Shown here: positions 22,401 to 35,578 of the stretch, in pieces | How positions within the stretch are numbered: position 1 is the first letter of the stretch | How the letters are laid out: every line of letters begins with the position of its first letter | Program-made: the position numbers and the translations under genes | NCBI GenBank assembly: GCA_977862235.1 | Contig: OZ374564.1 | Location: 1 to 64,000, forward strand | Direction: 5' to 3' | Origin: Dudresnaya verticillata | Lineage: Eukaryota | DNA length: 64,000 bases | Notes under the pieces: generated by a model | The model's input: only the letters and a program-made list of their open reading frames with translations | Database searches by the model: none | Told to the model about the DNA's origin: nothing

Positions 22401-23245
22401 GACGGGTGAGGGGCTTTTATGAATTCTATGTTACATTGCTACCGGGAGTCTGCAAAGCTTCCAGTTTCGCAAAAGACTGGAGAAGTGATGAATTTGAATC
22501 ACTGCGAGCCAAGTACTTGGGAATTAACCTTGCCAGTAGGCTTGAAGCGAATATTGACAATCAGTACGCATCTGCTTGTAGAACCGGAGTTTTCTTCCCC
22601 GCCCACCCACAAGTGCGTCCGATGCCGTTTAATGACGAGTTAAAGGGTATATCTCAGGACGATTTCTTCGGTGTCTGCTCCAAGAGTTACCTGCAGAAGA
22701 ATAAGAGTTACACTCCAGGCGCGTTGACATTCTGCTGCTCTTGTTCATCTCCTATTATCATGGGGTTCAAGGTGCTGGAGAAGAATGAAGGGCCGAGGTC
22801 TGTACTGGATGCCATCGTGTCGCGGTTTCCCCGTCTACCTCGGCATATTATCTACGACTTTGCCTGCGGACTGTACAACAGCGCAGCGCATACTCTTTGG
22901 TGGGCCATTGAGGACACAAAGATAACTTCTGATTCCCTTCATGCTCTAAATCACAATTGCTCGCCGAGTTACGTCCCTACCTCGCACGATAACCTCAACA
23001 TGTCCAACACGGTCGCCCATGAACAGAGGAATCGCGCAATTTCGGAAATCGAGAAGAGTCTCCGCTACTGTTCCCAGGAGTTCTACATAGCTCTACTGGC
23101 ATATCAAGTCTGTATTCTAAACTTGAAGGCCAAAGCGAAATCATCGTCAATGTACAACAGCAGGCCAATGCATGTTTCTGAAGCAGATCTTCACTGGACG
23201 TACTTCAGTTGCCTCGAACTGAAATGTCCGTGTTGTTCAGAGTAG
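19453..23245 (+). mobile_element. KDZ (Kyakuja-Dileera-Zisupton) superfamily transposase gene, inactivated
   Basis: SWIM-like CTC...CCHH, CxC-type Cys cluster, CADG, and catalytic-region motifs TPGALTFCC, IIYDFAC, DSLHALNHNC and NTVAHEQRN. Frameshift near 21410 and in-frame TAA at 22277. Confidence 0.8.
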
Positions 23246-24556
23246 TTTTCTGTAGGAGCGTGCGTGCAGGACCACTAAACCCGTTTTGTAAGCTTTGTGA
23301 TTGCATAGTAGAATGTCTTGACTAATTGTCTGTGAACTTATGTTCGCAAGGCGTTTTGGATCAGAAAACTACTTCGGTTACTCCGGGCCTCAGAATTTCA
23401 TTTCGGAGCCCTTAGTAACCAAAAGACTATTCCAAAGACCAGTAACTTCAGGACAGAGTATTTTCGGACTTCGTGGTTCCGAAAATAATATGTTCAGATT
23501 TATTGCTCCAGAAACGAATGTTATCAGACCTATTGCTTCACAAATGTTATGAAACAGAACCGTATGATTCAGTAATAAGTAGTTATCTCTGTCAGTTGAG
23601 GGCAAAGAGTAAATAGTCACTACGTGCACATAGTGGCATGCTAGAGCTCTACACGCCAAATCCAGCTGGATTGAGCAGTCACTAGTGCACTACAGTCCAG
23701 ACTGGTCCAAAATTCTAATGGAGGATGTATCGCGCCTTGCGGCACACGCGCGCTTTTCGACTAGTACCGTATTCTGTAATGTATACTCGTCACCTCCCCT
23801 ACGCAACTTTTCTGCCATTTTGTGCTTCTAGCCAAAAAGTTAACTGCGAATCACACGGAAATGAAAATGCCATCGCAGGCATACCCGGGTATTCCGCAGG
23901 GCCCCGCGGGGCCCCGCGGAGGGCCTCTCGAAGGGGTTTTCGTCACTGAAGGAATGGTTTTGGTATTGCGTAAAGCTGCGCTTGGGAAACAACGTTCCCA
24001 GCGCTGCTTGGATGAGAACTCTCCTCATTTTTGCACTTGGTACAGGAAATCATTTTCTGGGCTTGCTGCATGCAGCCGTGCCCATTCTCATCCTTCGAAA
24101 AATTTGCAAAAAATCTAACTTTTAAACACGGTTCAGTCCCGCAAATCAAGGGGCACGGGGCTGCATTGCTACATCTCGATTGCGGGTGTCAGAGAAGACG
24201 TCTGGAAAACGTGCGCGTTCATGATCCTATGCCCCCGGCGTTGCAACCAGTCCTCATCCCCACCCTCGCAGCAGTTATCTGTCTTGTTTCCATACGGTGA
24301 TCGCCGTCTTCAAGACTTCCTGTTGTTGAACGGCCTAGGCTACTGATGCTCCAGACGTCTGCGCGCAGGAATTTCATATGCGCAACGTCCCGATACTGCT
24401 AATCTAGAGGTATCTGCAGACTTATTTCTTATATATTTCGGCTTTCATGCTACAGATTGGGTCAACCAAAACAAGATTGCGCTACTGTTCTTGCATCTAT
24501 TTATCTCACGCGTGAGATATTGCTGTCCACACTGACTGCTCCCCGCATTTCGCTTT

Positions 24557-26764
24557 GTGTGTTGTGCTGCTATAGCTAACATTACTGTTTTGTCTGCGTC
24601 TCTTGCGCGCTGCAGCAGCAAACACCCCCGGAAATTCTTACCTTTCTTTCACGTGAAGTTCGGCTGCGCAGCGGTTACGAAGGAGTTTACGTACGACCGC
24701 CCGGATATGAGTGTACTGGAAATCTTATTGCCGTGTCTACGGCGGATGTGTGGAAATGATTGCAGCGACGGTGTTCCTGCTAGTTTATCGCCAGTTGTTT
24801 CCACATTAACAACTATAATTGAGTGTGCGAGATGGGTGGAAGATGTCAGTAAGAGCAAGGCAGGAATCGGTAAATTGAAGGTTCTCGTGTGCGTGAAAGC
24901 ATATAGTCCGACTGATGGCGGAGAGTTCGAGACGGGACGTAGACCTAATGCAGCATTAGGGAAGATCTTTCGCATCTGGGGAGCACCTGGTACTGCTGCT
25001 CCCTACATGCAGGCACCTGCACGTGTGCCTGGCACAAGTCGTGAGGAGGGGGCGACTAGGCATGGAGAGCGTAACGAAACACGGCCCACCGAGGGTGAAC
25101 GGAGCCAACCAGGAAGACCGCAACTACCGATGGGGAACTCCCGGCTTGACAGTCATGGAGACGGACCGCCAAGCCTACAGTGACGCAATGTGGACAATGC
25201 AAAGTCGAAAAGCACACCTCGGCATCCCACGAAACGCTCAAGGAAAGAAAGGTCCAGAACGACTGTGAATGACGGAAGTACTTCGAACTCGTGTGTAACG
25301 ACAGGCCATGGAGAGCCTTCGCCTTCTTCAGCTTCAATTGGAAACGGTCTTGAGAAGAATACGTCGGTAAACGATCGTTTCGATCCGCCGGCGGAAAAGG
25401 AGGCATCTCACCAATCTTGGTTTGATGTGGAGGTTCCGATAGAATTTTCTGCCCAGTGTACGTCTCTGCTACTGGATGGTGGAGGTCACATCACACACCC
25501 GATTCGGACTAAGTACTACAGCTACAAGGACCTGCATGTGAATGAGTTGGTTTGGGCTGTGCAAAAGTTACGGGACATAGAAGTGAGGCACGTAGCGCAG
25601 AACGCTACGGGGACTGATTTAGGCGATACGATTGCTGCGCCAGATCAAATCAATACGGTTGGCGAGCTTTTTTACAACTCTCTAATCCCGGAGAACGTTC
25701 GTGGGAAAGTAGTTACAGTTAGAACGGTTTCTTTCGCACCTTGGATTGGAAGTGACGGGGAGATACGAGACTATGAGGAACTTGAAACGCTCTACGTGAA
25801 GATGGATATCAAGAAGCCGGACAGGAATACGAAGACCCAGAATTTTGCTGCCCTTTGCACGAATCTGATGACGACTGGAATGGAGGGAAGTGCTGGCAAG
25901 GCGTTACTTGAGATAGCAAAGCAAGGAATTGTCTTCCAGAAGTCGTGCAGGGTTTGGAGGATTTACACGAAGCGGGCAAGGGTAAAGCACAAGGGTTCTC
26001 CGAAGGAGTCAGAGAGAAGGAATAGTGATACTAATGATACTAATCGGAGGGTGAGAAAGAAGGCGACCCGCGGGGAGACGAGCACCAATGACATGCAGTG
26101 CGTATGTGGAGGTCCCGAGAGGTGCGCGTTCGACCAACGCCCGGCATGCTCATTCATTTCGAAGGTGGATGGCAGGGACATCGAGGTTGGTAAAGGATCA
26201 GTCCACCCAGAAATTCGATTCTTCAAGGGAGGGAAGGTCGCGGAAGGCGACATTGTTACTCGGTTCGCAAGTGTATCGCAGGTGGCCACGGATGCGGCTC
26301 CTGACTCCCTGCACGACTGTGAATCTGAGGTTGTTTTATGGAAGAAAGATACTATCAAAACGGTCTTAGTTAAAGGTCCATACGCATACACAGAAGAATC
26401 TGGTACGGCTGGAAGTTTTGTAGGCACAGCCATTATGGTGGATGATAGACCTTGGGAGGAACCTGATGTTGAAAGTTTTGCGCTCGGAAGGAAGAAAAGA
26501 AGATCCAGCGCTGCCCGGACATCTCAGATGAATATTGCAAGGGCAGTAACTCTGTGTGATTTCCGAATGAATCCAGAAACGCCTGGAGGTGCCACTTCTC
26601 ACTACCCGTACTCGGATTGGTATGAGCTTCCTTCCTGCCAGCATTTACTTGGCCATCACTTTTTGCAGAAGATTGTTCCTGCGAAGCTTGAGGATCTTTC
26701 AGCTCCAACAGTTGTTCAGTTCCTTTGGGACGCTGGACAGATCTCAGACGGTGAAGACCCGTGA
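24557..26764 (+). pseudogene. Unknown gene with an in-frame TGA at 25181; possible degenerate SET-like C-terminal region
   Basis: ORFs 24557-25183 and 25190-26764 share a frame. An intron-like GTGAGA...GCTAAC...TGCAG at ~24512-24615 suggests the true 5' end is spliced. Confidence 0.5.
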
Positions 26765-28104
26765 TCACAGGTGACGGAAGGTCAACTACTATACTGGCTG
26801 TACTATTTCCGGAAACAAGGCCGTGAAAAATACTTGGTGCACAGACGTTTACGAACACGAAAGCGAATCTGCAGGCATTCATGCGCGTGGACTTACTTCC
26901 ACAGCTGCAGTGTCTGTGAAATTGTGTTCGAGGTCACGATGGCTGTGAAACTGTTACTCATAGACTTGGCAACCCAGAACCGTATTTCCCAGACCTGTTT
27001 CCTGTGAATTCATATTTCACAGGCGTCGCGATCATGGAAATTTGTTTCGGAGACAGGCTATTTCGGAAGGCGGCAAGCAAACTCAAGAAATGACGGGCTA
27101 TTCCGGACCATATCGAAACCGAGGTTTCGTACACGCAATTCTTGGTCACGGTAGGATACGTAAGCAACAAAAACGCGGATGTGCTGCAGGAGTAATCGTA
27201 TCCGGATATATAGTGCTATCAACAAGTCTGTCGGCTCTTCTCCCCTTACGCTGGAAAACACATGCAATTGTACACACGTACGTATCCTATGATGCCGGCA
27301 GACATACCATGGCAGTGCACTATCTGGTTTGGTGCGCCACACCTTCTTGTGTGCGTAAAGGGTGGGGAAAATCATGACTTGACTTACATACTGTGGGACA
27401 GATACTCTTTGCGATATTTTGCGACATGCGGAATTCAGCGAGGGATTTGCGATGAAAGAAGTTTGTAAGGTACGAGGAATGCATTTACTTCAAGCTAGCG
27501 CTCGATTTGAGACATTACTTTAACAGATTTTTTGCGTCTGCGCGCGCAGCGGCGGCAAACACTCCTTGACTACTTGTGGACTCTTGTGGGCTACTACTGC
27601 ACCACTACAGAATTTGAGACGCTCCTTGCCTGAGCAAAGGGCCTCTTACGATTGAAGCGGCCGATGCTGGCGGGAAATATTTGTGAGCTTGGAGCTTCAC
27701 ACACAGCTGCAAATGTCTACCGGACGGTTTAAATTGGTGGAGAATTGGTTGATACTAAGAATTAGTTGATACCAAGCTGGGCGGCAGCTCCAACATAGCT
27801 GCCGCCTAGCTTACAGCAGATTTGATATCACATCTGTTGTGCCGTCACATGTCATCCCCGAGCAGCTCAGATTAGAGACACCCATCAGTTCTGAAGATGC
27901 TGATATTTTCAACTGAAAATTTGCACCATTTTGCGCCGTGCTTCCCGCGGGAACGAGCTTCTCCGAGACGGCCTGAACTACCCGGAGCCCGTCTCCCGGA
28001 CTGTATGTACCTTGGACCCCTGCTTAAGCTTGAGCCCAGTCTAGTCTATCTAGAAACGGTGGCAACAGCAGCTGGGACCAATCCTCTTCTAATACTTCAG
28101 TATC

Positions 28105-29799
28105 ATGGAGGTTTATCCGGTCAGCGCGACAGGACTTGATCGCTCGCAGACCAATGCTATCAAGGCCTTTCAGAAGGGAAAGAGTGTGGCTATTTTAGGC
28201 GGGGCGGGGTCTGGAAAGACTCATGTTTTGAAAGAAATTGTGAGACGCACACGGTCTAGTTCCAGTCGTCACCAGCAAGTTGCGGTTTGTGCACTGAGCA
28301 ATATTGCTGCGTCCAATCTCAATGGATGTACGATGCACTCCCTGTTTTCCGTTCATTGTTCATGGGGATGGTCAAAGAGACATCTTTGGGAGAAGGTATC
28401 CGGAAATGAACGACTATGCGGTATTTTGAGGGAGATCAAGTGCTTACTCATTGATGAGATTTCTCTCATGAAAAGGAACGAAATTGAAGCAATCGACTAT
28501 GTCCTACGTCGACTTACGTCGCGGGAGGAGGACGCCGCATTGCTTATGGGTGGAAGACAGCTCATAACCGCTGGTGATCCCTTTCAGCTGGAACCCTCTG
28601 GTGTTGAGGACACAAAGTGTTACTTTGAAACTTTCTTCCAATCTCGAGTTTGGTTTCTACTATTCACAGGGTATGGAAATGGAGCTGTTGTTTTGCTAGA
28701 CCATAACCATCGTCAGAGGGAGGACAGTGTATTCTACTCTATACTACAGAGATTTCGGTACGCCTCGCCCCGGGACTCTGATATTGTTGAGCTAAATACA
28801 ACAAGCGCGCAATCACACAATGCTCCGCCCAACGGTTCCACGCGTCTATGCCTAAAGAAGGTAGAGGTTGCCGGTGTCAATGGAAGAGAGATGGAGAAAC
28901 TAGAGGGCCATGATTTTGTTTGCATTGGTGCGGGCACATACGGCAGGCAACCATCAGACTCAGTGGCGAAGCGTTTGGAAGAAGTTGCCCCAGTAAGGTT
29001 GGTAATAGGGAAGAACTGTTTAGTCGTGCTGACCCGAAAATATGGGGACTTCAACCCAGGATCTCGATTTATGGTCACGGATGTCGTCACCATGGCGGCG
29101 AGCTCGCCTATATACGGACGTGACAGTAGAAGACAGTTCGATGCGAAGCATGTATCCGTCACTCTAGCGCCGCTCTCTCACTCGTCCTCGCAAACGTCGA
29201 CGCTATCGCGTCTGGCGGGTGCACGGACTATCTGCGTGCGACCGATGAGCTTCACGGTGCACAACTACGATACTAGCGTTGCTGGAACTAGGGTACAACT
29301 TCCCATTCTTGTCGCGTATGCGATGACAATCCATCGCAGTCAAGGAATAAGTCTCGAAAGCGTAGCGGTTGACTTTTCTGGAATGGGAGCATGGAGGCCG
29401 AATGGGATGGTGTATGTCGCACTCTCAAGATGCATTAGGAAGGATGCTTTGTAGATAAAGGGGCTGTCAGGAGACCATGTGAGAATAAGTGAAAGAGCTA
29501 AGGTGGCCATGTCGGGCATAATTTTCTTTCCGGGGAGCTATCCGCAACGATTTATTGGGGAGAAAGCGTTGAAGCAGTACATGACGGATATTAGTAAGTG
29601 CAATGTACGATCGAGTCGACTTGGAGGACAAACTGCGACAAGTGAGGAAGACGAGAAGGATGAAATAGACCAAGCAGTATGTCCAGAAGGTGTGAAGAGA
29701 AAAAGACCAGACACTGGAAACCATATCTCGAGGAAGGAGGACATGAACCCTAATGTCATGAGATCCTCGAAGCGACGTCATCCACAGCAACTGCGCTAG
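28105..29799 (+). pseudogene. PIF1: PIF1-family SF1B helicase with a premature TAG at 29452
   Basis: GGAGSGKT, LIDEISL, GDPFQL, HRQRED, QLPILVAYAMTIHRSQG, VYVALSR. The same frame continues after the TAG (L*IKGL) to 29799. Confidence 0.88.
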
Positions 29800-30502
29800 A
29801 TAAGTTGTAGGACTGATAAGATAGCTACAGAGTAATGGTAGAATCGATAAACGAAACAGACGTACGCTTAAGCAGAATGTCTTAAGAAATACAACATCAT
29901 GAGGGTATATTTGGAGATCTCCAGTCCGGTGATGGATGTTAGTTCCGAGTCTGGGAAATATAATTCACTGACAAAGATGTCTGTGTAATGCACTTTCCAG
30001 ACGTGAAACCTGTGAAACAAATTTCACAGGCATTCTTATTCGTGAAATAAAGTTTTGAGACAATCTGATCGTTGGAATGTATTTCACAGACTTTCGTACC
30101 TTGAAACATTGTTTCACAAGCAGGGGAGCTGTGAATCTCGTTTCAGAGGCTCACGAATAGTTAAATAGTACTGCAGATACGTAGGGAAGTAAAACAGAAA
30201 CGAATGAAATGTGGTACAGACACACGCCCAGAAATTAACATTGTTCTAATCCGGATTATCGACCGATAATCGAGGAATACTAGAAAAGGGACTTAACAAT
30301 TGTACTTGCGTTTCACGAAAAAGTCGGAAACATGGTTCAGAAGGTTTACTTAGGCAGCGCTGACATACTGCAGTGTAGTGTAATATATGCAGTACATGTA
30401 GATATGGAGATATGTAGAGAAAAATAAATGTTGAGAAAATACAGCGCAAAATGTAATTTGCAGTACCAAATGGCTCAAAAGGGCAATTCACAGACACTGC
30501 TG

Positions 30503-30956
30503 CTCCAGAAATTCACTTCTAGAATCGCTGTTTGGGACTCGCATAGGCCGCCGAAACAAAACAGCCGGACATCGGGCCATGAAAAAATATTTCTAGACCG
30601 CCGAAACGAAAGGGCTGGGCACCAGCGGGGGAACGGAATGTTTCGGCCCATGAAAAAATATATTTCTAGGCCGCCGAAACATCACGGCTTGCAATTTGTT
30701 TCGTCCTCTGCTTTCAATTAGCCGTAATTAAATACGCATATGTGGCAACAGGGGACAAAACATTTACAAGCCGTAATGTTTCGGCGGCCTAGAAATATAT
30801 TTTTTCATGGGCAGAAACATTCCGTTCCCCCGCTGGTGCCCAGCCCTTTCGTTTCGGCGGCCTAGAAATATTTTTTTTCATGGCCCGATGTCCGGCTGTT
30901 TTGTTTCGGCGGCCTATGCGAGTCCCAAACAGCGATTCTAGAAGTGAATTTCGGAG
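30503..30956. mobile_element. Foldback/MITE-like element with ~200-bp inverted arms
   Basis: 30503-30710 is the near-perfect reverse complement of 30750-30956. Internal GGCCGCCGAAAC-type motif is repeated 3 times per arm. Confidence 0.85.
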
Positions 30957-31862
30957 GGGATGTGACCTGCTAATGAAATTCTGCGCAATCTAGGTCTGTG
31001 AAATTCATATTACAGCCCCAATGCTGCAGCTGCATGCAGACAGACATGAGGCACATTCTGTAGGCAGTCTTTTCTGCATGCTGAGGGGAGATCTTTATCA
31101 GGGGCTACTGCAGAAGGGTTTACTAGAGGCATTGCGACTAGTGGCGCAGAAGGGAACCCAGAAAAGGGGGTGCTGCCCTGGAGCTTTCAGAAGGAGCTCC
31201 CCTAATTATGACTATTATGAAGGGGTCTCTGTTCAGTACTGTAGGGAGGCCCTGCCATTCCGTGCTGCGCTGGAGGGCCCTTTTTCTGGGCAATAGGGAG
31301 GGGGCATCCGCATACCGCAATAGGGAGGGGGCCTCCGCATACCCGAATAGGAAGGCTCATCTATTGTGGCACCAATAAAGGGGGTGGGTCGCCGTCGTGC
31401 GGTGCCGTCACATGCTACCCACGAAAGCATAACGCATAACGCGTAACGTCTCACTAGCTGTAATGCCACAGAGGCATGTTCGATGATGGACACGCCAGCA
31501 GAGTCTGTGGGGCTCTGAGAAGGTAGCAGAGGGGGGCACGTCCCCACGGCGCGCGAGGTGCTTGGGGGGACGAAACATTAAATGTTTGTTTTCCGTTTAC
31601 TTTTACAACCCTTCTCATAAACCGTTCGTCGGCCTATACAACCCCATTTCGCAACACTCCCTTTTCGTTTCGGCCCCTCGAACTTCAATAGTTCCTTCGA
31701 ATGTACGGTTATCCTTATCAGAGTGGCGACGTGCTGCATCTGACGGGAGTTCATCACCCAATCCTATAATATTATCGCTTTCCTTCTTCTCGGTGTGCCG
31801 CTTTTCGTCCTCGTAAGCCTTCTTTCTCTGCTCCGATTCCGAGATTGTCGCCAAACACTTCC

Positions 31863-32300
31863 TTAATAGATCAGCCATCTCGACCACCCTATCCTTATAC
31901 GGCTTCCCCCCTGCCCAACCAACACCGCCTCCTTGAGTCGCGCGTCCTGTTCAATTGTGCAGACATACCGCGCTCCACGTCGCTCCGTTACGTGCAACAC
32001 CTGCCCATTCTTATCGCAGGCCACAATGGCCATACTATACCTATTGTTGATATAGCCTAGCGGCCAGAACGTTATTGCGTCTACGCGCAGCAAGGGATAC
32101 ATCGTGGCCGCTTCAAGCGTGCCAGGCCCTGCAATAGCAACCATCTTGAGATCCTGCTGCGCAATCGGAATCGCCGCGCTAGAAGCCTCTGGCTCCGACT
32201 TGGTCTGCGACGTCCTCAGCTGTGACGGCGTGCTCCACTCGGTGCAGGACGTGGTCGAGCACCGGGACGGGTTGGCGAAAGAAGTAGACGACGACGTGTG
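31863..32300 (-). CDS. Hypothetical protein, possibly frameshifting into 31615-31887
   Basis: Protein-like segment FWPLGYINNRYSMAIVACD...GARYV...GQ; start codon uncertain. Confidence 0.35.
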   Translation of the reverse strand, partial: HTSSSTSFANPSRCSTTSCTEWSTPSQLRTSQTKSEPEASSAAIPIAQQDLKMVAIAGPGTLEAATMYPLLRVDAITFWPLGYINNRYSMAIVACDKNGQVLHVTERRGARYVCTIEQDARLKEAVLVGQGGSRIRIGWSRWLIY

Positions 32301-32564
32301 GTGTGGCGGGGTTATTAGCAATTCATTGAACGGCGGCTCTGTCTGACAGGCTCCGCGTTGGATTGTACAGTAGTTGGTGCATTGCGCAAACAATGAAGAG
32401 CGGATTTTGCCACGTGGGAGGTGCCGCAGTGCTGCGGAGCCGCGCAGTTACAGTACAACAAAGATGCGAGGCCGACATGGCCATATGATTGGGGAGAGCG
32501 GAAGCGTTCCGATGGTGCAGCTGTATTTGTTACTTGTGCGGACACTCGCCCCCTGCCCATCGCC

Positions 32565-33257
32565 ATGTCTCAAGCGCCTCACCCTAACACTTCCTCACAC
32601 AACTCCGGTACCATGGTCGCCTCGCTCAGAACAATCTTGCGCGATGCCACAAACCACTCGAGCTATTTCGTCAAGCTCGCGCACGCGCTCCTCCTCCTCC
32701 TCCTCCTCCTCTTCACGCTCCTGCTAACCGTGATAACCTGGCACATCAGCTGTTTCATCTCGCTCGCAATCCTCGCTGTCGCCTTGTACCAAGCACTCAC
32801 CATCACCTCCAAGAAAGACACGCTCCTCACCAACCTGCACCAACTGCACGAAGAAGCCATAATCCGTTGTGAAACAGCCTGTGGCGCCCGGCCATTGAAC
32901 AGACCAATGCTAATTGTGTTCAACAAAGTCGTCGACAATGCGCAGAAGAAGGGTGTCATATCCCCTTGGGTTGCCGCTCTCATTACCTCCGGCTTCCTTG
33001 CAGATGTGCTTAGCACAGAACGTCGGCCGCAGTCGCCTGCGCGACGCCTTGTCAATGACACTTTTGCTTGCGTGGAGAGCTTGTCCTGGGTGCCACACGC
33101 TTTTGCCGCCATTGCGTTGTTGGCATACAAATGCGGTTATTACCGTGTTTCCCGTCTCTCTGCGGTGCTTGCTTGGCTTGTGTTTTCTGTATTGCTCAAA
33201 GGGTATGGAAGCGCTGGCTGTCGGATGCGCAAGGTATTGGAGGGGTTGATTGCTTAA
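32565..33257 (+). CDS. Putative multi-pass membrane protein
   Basis: ATG at 32565 in a GCC-ATG context; about 4 hydrophobic segments; followed by a (TG)n tract. Confidence 0.5.
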   Translation: MSQAPHPNTSSHNSGTMVASLRTILRDATNHSSYFVKLAHALLLLLLLLFTLLLTVITWHISCFISLAILAVALYQALTITSKKDTLLTNLHQLHEEAIIRCETACGARPLNRPMLIVFNKVVDNAQKKGVISPWVAALITSGFLADVLSTERRPQSPARRLVNDTFACVESLSWVPHAFAAIALLAYKCGYYRVSRLSAVLAWLVFSVLLKGYGSAGCRMRKVLEGLIA

Positions 33258-33319
33258 TAGAGTGGATGGCGAGGGGCAAGGTGGGTAGCGTTTGCTTGGA
33301 GGCACGGTGTTGGAGATGG

Positions 33320-33320
<1 letters not shown>

Positions 33321-33356
<36 letters not shown>
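33321..33356. repeat. (TG)n microsatellite
   Basis: Direct reading of the sequence. Confidence 0.95.
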
Positions 33357-33357
<1 letters not shown>

Positions 33358-33951
33358 AATGTGCTAGATGATGACAACGTGGTTCCCTTCTAAATGCGGT
33401 ACGGACGGAGCACAGTGGCGTCTATCGGTGTTGTAATGGCGGCGGATCAACGCTTCCGCATTGCGCCCTTTGACTGCTCGGCCTAAGACTTGAGAAAGGT
33501 GCTTGATAACTGCAGATATGGTCTGAGTGATTGTGCCAATTGTCTCCACGGGCTAGCTCTGTTACCACCACGCATGGATGTACCTGCAAACACTTCTTTT
33601 AATGTTGAGTTCTTGACTTGGTCAAGCATTCTTGGAACGAACAATTGTTTTGATATACTGTATCTTCCTTCTTGGCGTGCAGGTGCACAAAATGTTTGTC
33701 CTCCAAGTAATGGGAGAGAGAGAGATTAAGTTTATTCACGAATATCAGAAAGCGTCATCCAGCACTTGTGATGCTGTACATACTACTCCTTCAACAGCAA
33801 CATCGAGAGCTTTCATGTTTAAGTGGCGGCATTGCCATCGTTCTACCCCAAGGCTGATTATAGTAATATAGTCAAGTGTAGTGCAAGATGCCAAAAACGA
33901 GTGCTTTACGAAGATAGTGCGAGAGCCGATTAATTCTTTTTGTGTTGTTGT

Positions 33952-35578
33952 ATTTTATTTGTTGTTTAGCGTGGTCCTGCGTGGGCGACTTTGGCCCATT
34001 TGCTGGCACACGTGCTTTCGGAGAGCAGGAAGTGGTACACTACTGGATGGGGTGGCTGTGGTCGGTGGGCAGGTCTACTGGGAGGCAGGCGGTGAGGGGT
34101 AGTCTTCGGAGCATATACTACGGATGGCCCGCAGGGCGTCACAGACGCGGTGGGCGGCAGATGGATCGGGGTCTTGAAGTGACAGGAGTGACAGGGTCTT
34201 CGCGTGCGGTCGCATCGCGAGGCGGGCAGCTTGGCAGCTGGGTGGGATCGGGAAAGTCCCAAGATGCCAGCGCGTGGCTAGCTTCCTGTCTTGGTGGTCC
34301 GGGAGTTCCAGGGCTAGAGGTAACCGGTGGTGGCTGTAAACTGGCGCCGTTCTTCTTCCTGATAGTGCCATCGTCCATTCCCTTATTGCGAGTGTTTTAG
34401 GTGACGTACCTTGGTGGGGACTCTGTTGGATGCCTGGACATCGAAAGATCGATAGCGCCGTAAGTGTCCTACGTGCCTACCATGAGGCTGGGGTGTTCTG
34501 CCGCTTGGTCAAGCGGTGCAGGCTGTGAACGAGTTTGTGTTGTAGGGATCTTTGTCGCAGTGTTGGGGGCTCCAGCCTGTACAGGGCTCGGAGTTTGCGT
34601 AAGCGAGGTGCGGTAACGACTGGTGATGCTTGGGAGATACATAGGCGGAGGAACTGTGTGTCGAGCTTGTCGAGAGCTTGGGTTAGGTCTTGTGTGCACG
34701 GGACGAGTGCTAGGCCGTGTTCAATTATTGGACGTATGAAGGCCGAGTAGACATATCGGGCGGCGGGGGCAGGCATTGTTGAGCTTAGGTGACCCATTCT
34801 CACTAGCTCGCCTACAGCACGTTGGGCTTTTCTTACGAGCTGTATAGTTGTGGCTGTCCCGATTCCAGACGTTGAGATGTCGACTCCCAGGTAGCGGACA
34901 CTTTGTTGATGCACTATTCTCTCATTGTTTAGGGTGAATGTGCAGTTGTTAGGGCGTGTGCGGTGCCGGGCCGGCATGAGGATGGCACATTTCTTGACAG
35001 ACCAACACATGCCTGTGTCTCGGGCCCACTCTTCGCCGACCTGGAGTGCTGTATGAATAAATGCAGGTGATGGTCCATGAAGGAGGCAATCATCTGCGAA
35101 CAGGCGGCCCGGCGGGTTTGACGCAGGTCGGTTCAGCCGCTCACATAATGCGTGCGCTAGAGGGTCAATGAACAAATTGAATAAAACTGGGCTTAGCGGA
35201 GATCCCTGCACGACCCCCCTTCTGACTTCTGCGCTGCAAGGCGTCGCGTCGCCCACGGTCCTTACATAAAGGGAACCCAGGGTGGAGGTTATCATCGCTG
35301 TGAGGTGCGGCGGGAGTCGCTCTTCGCATAGGGACAGAAGTTTGGGGCGGTCGACTCGATCATACGCGCTTTTGAGATCAAGAACGGCTAGGTAATCCTC
35401 TCCAGCTGTTACGGACTCCATGGTCATGGCAATTGCCATCTCTGTGCGCAAATGTTTCTGGAACCCCAGCTGCATACGGTGCGGCTTAAATACGCGTTCA
35501 ACATCATAGGCAATCGCCCTTTCCACTGCTTTGCGAAGGTGGGATAGCAGGCAGAGTGGGCGGTAGATGTCCGGATCA
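33952..35578 (-). mobile_element. 5'-truncated non-LTR (LINE-like) retrotransposon with RT pseudogene
   Basis: DPDIYRPLCLLS, LDLKSAYDRV, GVVQGSPLSPVLFNLFID, LFADD, YLG. In-frame TAG at 34477, then a C-terminal RWHLGTFP region to 34075; conserved 3' tail at ~33952-34010. Confidence 0.9.

Noticed and set aside
28105..29799. Helitron RepHel gene
   Set aside because: No HUH Rep motifs seen upstream of the PIF1 domain.
33952..34010. HDV-like or hammerhead ribozyme in the LINE tail
   Set aside because: I could not fit the catalytic core motifs by eye.
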